From Haliotis rubra (lineage: Eukaryota), in assembly GCF_003918875.1 (NCBI RefSeq), contig NW_025766503.1:496001-560000 (forward strand): 64,000 nt of DNA. Reading direction: 5' to 3'. Below are positions 23,379 through 33,927 of the stretch, piece by piece. A program made the position numbers and the translations under genes. The notes beneath the pieces are model-generated. The model was not told the DNA's origin, did not search any database, and saw only the letters and a program-made list of their open reading frames with translations. Every line of letters begins with the position of its first letter. The stretch's first letter is position 1.

Positions 23379-24262
23379 ATGGCACCTTGGGAAGAAAACC
23401 TGAATAGGATCTATTACGATCCAAAACACGCTGGTAGTTATGCTGGACCAAAGAAGTTGTACGAAGCTGTGAACGCTGAGGGTCAGTTTAAAATTGGTCT
23501 ACATCATATCAAGAAATGGCTCAAAGGTCAGGAGAACTATACTATGACTCATCTAGTCAGAAGAAAGTTTCCAAGAAATGAGTATGTGGTCGAAGGTTTA
23601 GACAGTCACTGGCAATCGGATCTGATGGATATGGTATCACTTGCAAAGTACAACAATGGCGTTAAATACCTCCTGGTCATCATATATCTGTTTTCACGAT
23701 ATCTATGGGTGTATCCCACATATGGGTGTATTTACCTACAGATATGAGGATATCTTACCAGATGTAGTCAAGAGTTCCAACCACACGAAACATAGAATGT
23801 TAGGACAGTCTCCTGCTAGTGTGACTGAGAAAAATGAAGATGAAGTGAGACTCTCACGGTATTTGATTAAACCCTCAAATGTTAAACACAATAAAAAGAA
23901 GTTCACTTTCAAAGTGGGGGATAAGGTCAGAGTGAGTCATCTGAAGAGAACTTTTTGACAGAGAATACCAGGAGAAATGGTCTGATGAAATATTTACAGT
24001 AATAAGAAGATATTGGTCTCAAGGCAACGACTTGTACAAGCTTAAAGATTGGGGTGGTGATCCTATCGAAGGTGTCTTTTATTCATCAGAGCTTCAAGCA
24101 GTGGTAGAAAATCCAGATCAGGAGTATAGAATTCAAGACATTGTCAAAAAGAGGACCAGAAATAAACGATAAGAAGTGTTAGTGAAATGGTTCCATTGGT
24201 CTAAAAAATACAATTCATGGATCCCAGAAGGTGATGTGAAACAGTATAAAAGCACAACGTAA
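23379..24262 (+). pseudogene. Polinton retroviral-like integrase with C-terminal chromodomain; catalytic core deleted
   Basis: YYDPKHAGSYAG, WQSDLMDM...YLLVII, FKVGDKVRVS, EKWSDEIFTV, IEGVFYSSELQ, VLVKW...NSWIP; frameshifts and a stop. Confidence 0.92.
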
Positions 24263-24281
24263 CCTCTTTTTAAAGTCATTT

Positions 24282-24536
24282 ATGATGGAACACACTGAAG
24301 GAGCAGCATCTCTCATACGGAGTACATCATCTGACACCTGGACATTTTGGGGGAAAAAAGTGGCAAAAACAGAAACAGGGTTTCTCTCTCAGATAATCAT
24401 TATTTACATTTTAGTCATTACGTGTATTGTCAATTTGTCCTTGGACAAATGAAACTCCAATTTGTGGACAGCACTACTCAGTAGTAGTTTGGGATACTTG
24501 TTACCTAACCCCAAGATTAAATCTAAACATGGATAA
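24282..24536 (+). pseudogene. Small two-TM Maverick membrane protein (one internal stop)
   Basis: WTFWG...FLSQIIIIYILVITCIVNLSL...LWTALLSSSLGYLLPNPKIK. Confidence 0.65.
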
Positions 24537-25056
24537 AGACATTACGATCAGAAGTACAGATAGTGAACACCTCTATACCAACAACAAATCTTTTAACTTC
24601 AGAGTGGGTTTGAATGAACCATTACATCTTGATCAAAGGTGGAGGATAGGACTAACAGAAATATCTATATTGTCCTGGGACATAGATAAAAAAAATTCGG
24701 AAAGTCGTGACATATATGTCTATTCCTCATTGTGCGATTCATCATATGTTGGAGAAACAAAACAACCTTTACTCAGACATTTATGTCTCACGGGAAACCG
24801 AAAAGAATGTTCTTTTTCATTTTCTCAGTGTCAGTATGTCAGAGATTTTCAGACTGTGGATATCTATTCTAAAGACCATGAGGGCGATCCAGCTTCATTT
24901 ATTTGTGGACCAGTGACAATGACACTTCATCTCAAGCCGCTCACGTTTTCATCATTCATAATCATGAATACAAACTCTTCGTACCCGATGCCGATAAATG
25001 GACACGGTTTTACATGTTCCAGGCTGAAGGGAAAGGAGATCCTTATCATGCTATAA
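24529..25056 (+). CDS. Short minor capsid (penton-like) protein
   Basis: STDSEHLYTNNKSFNFRVGLNEPLHLDQRWRIGLTEI...IYVYSSLCDSSYVGETKQPLLR...VTMTLHLKP. Confidence 0.75.
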   Translation: MDKDITIRSTDSEHLYTNNKSFNFRVGLNEPLHLDQRWRIGLTEISILSWDIDKKNSESRDIYVYSSLCDSSYVGETKQPLLRHLCLTGNRKECSFSFSQCQYVRDFQTVDIYSKDHEGDPASFICGPVTMTLHLKPLTFSSFIIMNTNSSYPMPINGHGFTCSRLKGKEILIML

Positions 25057-25298
25057 TGCGTTTGGATGAGAAAAATCTGTCATTATGTCTGTCAATCGAT
25101 ATTTGGAACTGTATGACCCAGAGTGGAAGAAACAAAAAGAACCAGAAACCTCAGCGCAACCTAAGATTAATTTTGTTACCCTTACTCAACAAGAGGTCGA
25201 ATAGGCCCAGGCTCTTATTCAAATGCAGAAGAAAGGGGAATCTAAAGCTGGAAGTTCCTCCCAGATTCCCATGAAGAAACGGAAGATGACTTTTTAGA
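24964..25298 (+). pseudogene. Small basic Maverick hypothetical protein, frameshifted
   Basis: KLFVPDADKWTRFY...INFVTLTQQEVE.AQALIQ...KKRK. Confidence 0.45.
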
Positions 25299-25346
25299 TA
25301 AAAGCAGCCAGTAGACAGGTTCCCTGCCATTCAGACTCGGACCACC

Positions 25347-26980
25347 ATGCAGTCAACAACGTGTCCCATGTGCTATCAGACTTTTTCCAGAAGGGATGCC
25401 ATGCTTAGACATCTCAGGAATCAACACAGACGAGCAACACAGCCAACAACACAAGCACCACCACCACAAGCACCAGAACCACCACAAGTACCATCACCAC
25501 CACCACCACCACCACCACCACCAGCACCACCACAACCACAAGCACCACCAGCACCACCACAACCACAAGCACCACCACCACCACCACCACAAGCACCACC
25601 ACCACCACAAGTACCATCACCTATGATGCAACCAGTGCAACCACATTCATCAGAAAGTACTACCCAGTCATTGGAAGAATTTAGGCTGCGACTTCCATTC
25701 ACCATGATCGTCTCAGGGCCCACCTCCTGTGGGAAAACCTACTTAGTGAAGCAGGTTCTAGAAAGGATGAAAATTAAACCTTATCCTGAACGTATTATAT
25801 GGCTCTACAAACGATGGCAGCCACTGTATAACATCATTCAAGCCTGTGTTTATCCTTACGTTGAATTTCATCAAGGCATTCCTTCTCACCTCAAAAAGGA
25901 TGCGTTTCTGGACCCCAGTGTTGTGAACGTGGTTATCCTCGACGACTTAATGTCTACTGCAGCAAAGATCCATGCATTACAGATCTGTTTACAGAAGGAA
26001 GTCATCATCGTAATCTCTCAGTGATAGCCTTGAACCAGAATTTGTATTTCAGTAAGGATCCCACACACCGAAGAAACTGTCATTATCTGCTTCTGTTCAA
26101 CAACCCTATCGATCAACAACCCTTTGACTTTGGTGAGGCAAATGTATCCAGGTAACACAGACCATTTCATGGAGCCATTTCAAAGGGCTACCCAGAAACC
26201 TTATGGATACTTGTTGGTTGATGTAAAACCCCAAACACCTCCCCATTTGCGACTTTGTCCTAATGTGTTCAGTTTAAAAGGAGGCCTCAAAGCTAGGACA
26301 ATTCAGTCCGAGTTAGACGTTCAGAGTGAACAGACGTGTGAAGAAAACCTCCCAACAATGCCATCTTGTGATGACTGTGGACTCGTGTTTCAGACGAAGT
26401 GCATGATTTGCAAAAACATAGAAGAAACTGGTGTCCTGAAAAGTCTTCAGTGGGTCCACCTGGAATACCCCCAAGTTAAAAGGAAGTGGGAGGAAGACGA
26501 CAACTTCTCTGCTGTGAAGAGACCACGTCCTCTGTCAGATTGTGACTATTGTGGTCAAGTGTTTAGCAATAACCACAACTTACAAAGACATTTACATGAT
26601 AAACAATGTCCTGAAATGGAAAATGATGATGATTATGATGCTGTATCGTTAAGCGATGTCACACAAAACAACAGGAAAAATAAGATGGCTGATCTCGAAG
26701 AGCAAGGTATAAGACAAATGTATTCACGTACACGTGAGCTGAATAAAAAACCTTTTGGATGAAAAACGACAGCTGTACAGGTTTACACGAAGACATGATT
26801 CAAGCCAAACTGAAAAAATTCATCTGGAGCACATTTAAAGAGACGTATTACTTATCTGTATCATATGCAGTGGGGTCCAAAGACACAAGGAATACTGAAA
26901 GGTGTAGGAGGCAGAAATAATCTGAATCATGACGTGTTTTCCAAACTGTACCAATATAAATCTTGTTTCTTAATGTAATG
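25347..26980 (+). pseudogene. A32/FtsK-like packaging ATPase with N-terminal C2H2 finger and Pro-rich linker, followed by further zinc-finger-like sequence; frameshifted
   Basis: CPMCYQTFSRRDAMLRHLRNQH; Walker A GPTSCGKT; Walker B VVILDDLM; FTEGSHHRNLSVI; PYGYLLVD; CDYCGQVFSNNHNLQRH. Confidence 0.88.
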
Positions 26981-26982
26981 TA

Positions 26983-27224
26983 CCCATGAAGATCCGGGTT
27001 AGAATTGACCTTCAGTAACCCATGCTTGTCGTAAGAGGCGACTAACGGGATCGGATGGTGAGGATCGCTGGCATGGTTGACACATCTCATCATCATATCC
27101 CATTTGGGTAGATCGATGCTCATGCTTTTGATCACTGGATTGTCTGGTCCAGACTCGATTATTTACAGACCATATAGCTGGGATATTACTGAGTGCAAGA
27201 TAAATTTAAACTCACTCACTCACT
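26983..27224 (+). mobile_element. SINE-like interspersed repeat (family 1) inserted in element B
   Basis: CCCATGAAGATCCGGGTTAGAATTG...CACTGGATTGTCTGGTCCAGACTCG...(ACTC)n tail. Second copy at 46358-46595 and a fragment near 12865. Confidence 0.75.
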
Positions 27225-28516
27225 TAATGCATTGTTGGAGGATTGACATTAGACAACTGTTCGTTGTACAAATCTTTGTTTTACAACTGATAAATTATCC
27301 TCCCTATGTCACTGAATACATTTAACCTACAATACAATTTTTAACACCGGGAGGTCCTAACCTCTTCATATCCAACACAATACAGTCACAAGAAGCTTAC
27401 ACCAGTATTTCATTGTACTGTCTGTGGAATAAGAGCGGTTAACGGCATGTGAGTAACCTATGTGTCACATGATGTCACAAAAGTGTCATATATAGTATTC
27501 ATGGACATAAGATGGTTTGTTTTTCCAGTTTGATAGTAGAGTTCAGCTTAAACTTTTGAGTAAAAGCACTGGAAAGTTTTACAGGAGAACACATGTAGGT
27601 TTGTTTTCTTATCCAGTAATATAGATGACAAATGCTAAATCATTTCATCACTGTAGAACCACTTGACACCCTACTTGAGATATTCAGTGACCATCAGTCC
27701 TCAACTGCTTACTATTTCCTGTCTTTAATTCCGGTCAGACACTTCTCTCCCTACATAACGGAAGCTGATCATTTGTGACTATACATTCATTGTAGGCTGT
27801 GCGCCATCACGCTGAAAATTATCAACGACCATTCCATGTACACATGATTACAGTCTGACCTTTAAATTACAATAAAACAATTTCTGGTCAACTTGAACCG
27901 GCTAACTTTGCGAGCACAGGGAGCCACACACAGGAAGCTGAAGACATCAACCCCTCAGGTCCGCACAAACTGTCACCTACTTGAACATATATGTACACGC
28001 ATAAGCATAAGTGATACAAATGACAGCATTAAATACTTAAAATGGTGGTCAATTTTAATGACTGGATGGAGGTGCTTTTAACAAACACAACACCTTACAC
28101 TATTTCATCCAATCACAGCTGTGACATGTCTCTTCAGTTCAGCCCGGCTCAGCAAGCAAGCGATTGTGCTCTTAGTATAGTGCATAGACAGCGCCCCATT
28201 CACGCATATCATATACGGGCCCACATGGCGCATGAATTTTATTTCCTATTGTTAACAGATATGGAAACATTCGGAGTTGTTCCTTGTGTACCAAATGACA
28301 GCATATTTTTGGCTAGAGATACCTTTGATTTAACAAAATGCGCTCTGATATTTTCACAACTTTTGACCTAATAAATAGCAGCTAAATTCCCCTAATATGC
28401 ATAGTGTGACATTAATATATTAATTCTACGTTGAAAAGAGATTTTGCTGTGTGAACACTTGAGTCGGCAAACTCATACCACCCATAAGATAATTGAGTAA
28501 TAATCACAGACCACTT

Positions 28517-28629
28517 AGGTGAACCTGAAGGTAACACACACCTGTGCCGGAAAGGAACTCCCAAAGGAGGGTGGGACTTAAGGGTTCAACAGTCGATCAG
28601 GTCACACAAAGGTGACGCCATAAGAACAA
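28517..28629 (-). repeat. Right inverted repeat of element B
   Basis: Reverse complement of 18609-18734. Confidence 0.9.
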
Positions 28630-28786
28630 NNNNNNNNNNNNNNNNNNNNNNNNNNNNNNNNNNNNNNNNNNNNNNNNNNNNNNNNNNNNNNNNNNNNNNN
28701 NNNNNNNNNNNNNNNNNNNNNNNNNNNNNNNNNNNNNNNNNNNNNNNNNNNNNNNNNNNNNNNNNNNNNNNNNNNNNNNNNNNNNN
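28630..28786. other. Assembly gap
   Basis: Run of N. Confidence 1.
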
Positions 28787-29165
28787 TCAGAGGACACACG
28801 CATACATCTTTCATCGTCAGAAAACACACACATACGTCTCTCACCGTGAGGGGACACACACATACATCTTCCACCGTCAGAGGACACACACATACATATT
28901 TCATCGTCAGAAAACACACACATACGTCTCTCACCGTCAGAGGACACACACATACATCTCTCACCGTCAGAGGGCACACACATACATCTTTCATCATCAG
29001 AGGGCACACACATACATCTCTCACCGTCAGAGGACACACACATACATATTTCACCGTCAGAGGGCACACACATACATCTCTCACCGTCAGAGGGCACACA
29101 CACATCTGTCACCGTCAGAGGACACACACATCCCTCGTCGTCACAGAACAGACACAAAATCACAC
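28787..29165. repeat. 30 bp satellite, continuation of the 16.2-18.6 kb array
   Basis: TCACCGTCAGAGGGCACACACATACATCTC units match those at 18355-18555, same orientation. Confidence 0.95.
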
Positions 29166-30022
29166 ACACATGTCCATATGTGTCCTCTCACACGTACTTT
29201 CATGATGTCAAGAAATATCGTTGGCGTTATTGAAAGAGGCCAGGCGTTAAGTTATCCATACATTTAAGTCTTTATACATATCCGTATATGAATCCACCCG
29301 ATGTGGAGATGCAGCATGTACCATCCCAGCATCACACCTCTCAGTGAAAGGTGTTACTACAGCGCACATACTGACCCTGATACCGATCAATACCATGTGG
29401 ATACGGCAGCTCCCGATACACACTCATATCCATAGTCACACACAAAGGCGAGGGTAAGTAAATACAGTACCTTTTCATTACCTATGTCGGTCTTCTTTCT
29501 AAATCGGAAGTCCATACAAAAATAATGTAACCTTGTATATATTCCCTTTATACAATGAATAGTTTTTTACTATTTTTCATCTTCGCTCATCTTCAGCTGT
29601 TGACCCATAAAAACCGTTTTCGACTCTGCCTCAAAATTTGAAAATTACCCTGGGATAAAACGTCAATCTGAAATTAGTAATGCCGTCCTATGGGATAAAG
29701 ACGTCAGTGGATAAAGAGAGTTTTATCATAAATATTCCAACCTAATGTATTTTGAACTAAGGGCTAAATGAAACCTTAAAAACATATTTCCTTAATGTAT
29801 ATGAATAGTTATTTTCGTTCAGCTTAGTGACCAAATTCTATTAGACCCCAGGTAAAACAAACAAGGCACAAAATGCACCTCGATGCCATTGTTACAGTTG
29901 CCTGTAGGCTATAATGTCAATAGATCCCACTGGCCACTTTGAAGATATTTACCTTCAGATTACCTTCACATAATCCTATGTTGTTATGCTGTTTTGTTGT
30001 CCTTGCTAGCTGATGTGTTCCC

Positions 30023-30197
30023 TAAAGCGTAGCACCGCACACTAAAGCGTAGCTACCCCACCGCACACTAAAGCGTAGCTACCCCACCGCACACTAAAGC
30101 GTAGCTACCCCATCGCACACTAAAGCGTAGCTACCCCACCGCACACTAAAGCGTAGCTACCCCACCGCACACTAAAGCTTAGCCACCCCACCGCACA
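30023..30197. repeat. ~26 bp minisatellite
   Basis: Tandem CTAAAGCGTAGCTACCCCACCGCACA. Confidence 0.95.
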
Positions 30198-30263
30198 TTG
30201 GCACTTACACGACGTGGTCGGGTGGAATTGTCCATTCTTTGGCGACATTCTTTAGGCGCCATT

Positions 30264-31066
30264 TCCAGTGTGTTGCTCAGCACTGTAGGGCGTGGCAGGC
30301 GACATCTCCAGTGTGTTGCTCAGCAGTGTAGGGCGTGGCAGGCGACATCTCCAGTGTGTTGCTCAGCAGTGTAGGGCGTGGCAGGCGACATCTCCAGTGT
30401 GTTGCTCAGCAGTGTAGGGCGTGGCAGGCGACATCTCCAGTGTGTTGCTCAGCAGTGTAGGGCGTGGCAGGCGACATCTCCAGTGTGTTGCTCAGCAGTG
30501 TAGGGCGTGGCAGGCGACATCTCCAGTGTGTTGCTCAGCAGTGTAGGGCGTGGCAGGCGACATCTCCAGTGTGCTGCTCAGCAGTGTAGGGCGTGGCAGG
30601 CGACATCTCCAGTGTGTTGCTCAGCAGTGTAGGGCGTGGCAGGCGACATCTCCAGTGTGTTGCTCAGCAGTGTAGGGCGTGGCAGGCGACATCTCCAGTG
30701 TGTTGCTCAGCAGTGTAGGGCGTGGCAGGCGACATCTCCAGTGTGCTGCTCAGCAGTGTAGGGCGTGGCAGGCGACATCTCCAGTGTGTTGCTCAGCAGT
30801 GTAGGGCGTGGCAGGCGACATCTCCAGTGTGTTGCTCAGCAATGTGGGGCGTGGCAGGCGACATCTCCAGTGTGTTGCTCAGCAGTGTAGGGCGTGGCAG
30901 GCGACATCTCCAGTGTGTTGCTCAGCAGTGTAGGGCGTGGCAGGCGACATCTCCAGTGTGTTGCTCAGCAGTGTAGGGCGTGGCAGGCGACATCTCCAGT
31001 GTGCTGCTCAGCAGTGTAGGGCGTGGCAGGCGACATCTCCAGTGTGTTGCTCAGCAGTGTAGGGCG
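30264..31066. repeat. 43 bp GC-rich minisatellite (~19 copies)
   Basis: Tandem TCCAGTGTGTTGCTCAGCAGTGTAGGGCGTGGCAGGCGACATC. Confidence 0.97.
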
Positions 31067-31227
31067 TTAAGTACGTTAACGTTCCAGCACACGGGTACAC
31101 ACGCCCTGGTGTCCACTGATAGGGTCGATGTATGCTACACGAGGCGTTTAACCTATCTGTCTCCTCTGTTAATAGTTTAATGTTATTGTTGATCATCAGC
31201 TACATCATAGCCTTGTCGTCAGTACGG

Positions 31228-31404
31228 TAACTCTAACCCAAACCCAAAACCTTACCCTAACCTAACCCTAACCCTAACCCTAACCCTAACCCTAAACCTT
31301 ACCCTAACCCAAAACCTTACCCTAACCTTAACTCTAACCCTAACCCAAAACCTTACCCTAACCCAAAACCTTACCCTAACCCCCTAACCCTAACCCTAAC
31401 CCTA
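31228..31404. repeat. Interstitial telomeric-like (CCCTAA)n tract
   Basis: Perfect and degenerate CCCTAA/CCTTAC/CCCAAAA units. Confidence 0.9.
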
Positions 31405-32764
31405 GTAAACTCGCGTGCTTTCAAAGATGGCGGGAGGTATCTGGTATTCTGTAGTCTTACCGTCTGTCCTGCTAGTCAACGAATAGATACAGTACAAAAA
31501 AAATATCAGCATTCACCCAATTTGTATATTCGTCAGATTTCGATTATACAATGTATTACCGTCTTCGTCTTCCTCTTGCTTTGGTTCAGGTTGGTGACTG
31601 TGTGATATTTATTAACATTGCCTTCACGTCACACTGCAGTACGTCGATTGATGGTGGTGGCGGCATGCTTCAAGATATGCTTCGGAACATATTGCTTTCT
31701 TGAAATTTTTGTCATTCCGTAAATCGCAACATCATACAAGAGATATGAACACACTACTATGATTAAATACAAAGTTCGATACCCGACAAACAAGCAGACA
31801 ACATTCTTGTATAATAGTTGTCACATAATTCAATGTTTCAACGGGAAACACATTTTTCAGCAATGTAGGTTTTATTGTATGCCAGATGAAGGCTATAGAC
31901 CCATCCAAATAATAGACGTTTGAGAAATTTATCGCTAAATGCAAATTATTTGCCCTGTATATTTGTAAATGAGCTTTTGTTATTCTTACACTTAGATGAA
32001 CTGAGGGAGCGTGCATATCCCTTCTTGGTCATTGGAATATTCTGCCGAATGAACGCTTGCGCGTTGACCGTCTTTCTTTTATACCATTGGTACAGAATAA
32101 AACGCTACCATGTTTGAATTTAGGCCATCCTTGACCTTACATTAACCAGCAATTATTCTGTTATTTCATGGAGGAAACATATATCGCTGAGTAATAGCAA
32201 CCGGAGCAATTACAGAGTCCTTAGGATACATTATAATCAAGACATCCCGGTAACGTTTTGACCCAAACATTCAATCACATGTCAACCACGCACGGCACAG
32301 CTATCGGCGCCCATGCTACTTTCGTCCAAAGGATTATGTGATGTACAGGGAACTATTCTGAACGATATGATTTTGTTCGTATTGTCATGTATTCAGAGCA
32401 AACATAACTTTTAACAGCCGCTCACATTACTGGTGAGAATAATATAGATTACCAAGCGAGTCCGTGTCAATATAGTCCGTGTCTATTTAAAGCGATGTAC
32501 TTGGAAATGTATGAGGAGTTGTAATAAAAAACGATATCTCACGGGCATGAATGTAGTAATTCATTTATTCCTGAAGTATAGTTTTGCACATTTTCCAATT
32601 AAACGCCGAAAAAGAGACGTCACTGCTTTAGGCTTGGCGAATACATACACACAAAAAAAGGATCCAGTGACGGATTTGAGTTTTTCAGTTTTCAGCATTA
32701 GTCGACTCTGTGAATGTATTTATTAACATTAACTTACAAACAAAAACCCTATGATGAAGAAAAA

Positions 32765-32823
32765 GATGATGATGATGATGATGATGATGATGACGATGAT
32801 GACGATGACGATGACGATGATGA
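32765..32823. repeat. (GAT/GAC)n microsatellite
   Basis: Direct inspection. Confidence 0.95.
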
Positions 32824-32829
32824 AACAAG

Positions 32830-33770
32830 CGATGAGCACTGCAACAGTGACCCCGCGTTCAGCTAACGTTGTCTAACCCTTATGGTACGACGAGTCGGTT
32901 TTCTTGAGCTGGTCTTAATGTTCCTGTTGGTTGATGCATGTAATCATTTCTTAGAGGTATGCTGGTGAGCAGACATCATTTAAAGCTGAATAAGTCAGAG
33001 ACAGAATGTCAAACTGAAGTTTCTGCTTGATCGATAACCAGTGGAGGTGATGTAACTCGAGTGTTATGTGTTCGGTTTTTTTTGGTCCTTGTAATGATCC
33101 GTGCAGCTGTATTTAGCCCCTCGAGAAATGAAAAAAATACATTTGTCTCAACTAGGAAGAATCATCGTATCAGTCGTTGATGCAATGTAGGCGTGAACAA
33201 GTTTGTAGGTTTTGAGTCAGGGTCTTGTGGGGGTTAACATACAGACTCGAGTCATATGTTTTACATAACATATATGGTGTCTTTGACGAAATCTTGCATT
33301 TTAAAGATTGAAAGAACTTGAGAAGATTTTTGCTTTCATATTTGACATACTGTCCTGGACCTTCGAAAATGAAATTATATCTATCTCAAGGAATATAGCT
33401 TTAAGTTTGTCTTGTGGGATAGTGGTGGTGTTGAAACATAAAGGATGAAACTTGTAGTCAACTTTAACGTGGTTTCTGTTTGATATTCCAAGCAATTCGT
33501 TTGAGATGTTGACATGCTATCACTTCAGTGTATGTAGTACTTTCTATAACTTGACTTCACCTTTGCACTAATATTATAAGCAACTGTTACTGACAAGAAA
33601 ACAATCCCCCGAGTGTATTGATAACATGTCTGTCCAGATGTAGCTATTGGAATGTCCAGAATATGGTAACAACACCTTAAGTATGTCCTTGAAGATAAAA
33701 CATCCTCTCCTGCTGCCGTATTAGGGATCCAGTTCAGGAGTATTAAAACAATAAACAAGGGCGTAAACAG
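32830..33770 (-). pseudogene. L2-clade LINE reverse transcriptase relic
   Basis: NTAARIITRTKK..EHITLELHHLHWLSIKQKLQFDILSLTYSALN...LRPAQENRLVVP across frameshifts. Confidence 0.65.
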
Positions 33771-33927
33771 ACATAGTAATAACTACTTTTAAGCGATTGC
33801 AACATTTCTATCCATGTTATGTTGGATTTTCTGTTTTGTTTACTATTTGGAAACTCAGAAGGTGGGAAAAACAGGATGTTGTGACGGCACTACTGATCAG
33901 CGATACGTCAATATTATATGTCAAAGT

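Larger units (their letters stand above)
18609..28629. mobile_element. Endogenous Maverick/Polinton element B (reduced, decayed)
   Basis: Inverted repeats 18609-18734 / 28517-28629 enclose integrase, penton, packaging ATPase, PC4 and NADAR genes. The right end runs into an N gap. Confidence 0.88.

Noticed and set aside
25396-25723. Poly-His, poly-Val and poly-Gly ORFs
   Set aside because: Alternative frames of the CCA repeat encoding the Pro linker.
27230-28500. Additional viral genes before the right TIR (ORFs 27893, 28042)
   Set aside because: No recognisable motifs.
31228-31404. True chromosome end
   Set aside because: Short, degenerate and internal.
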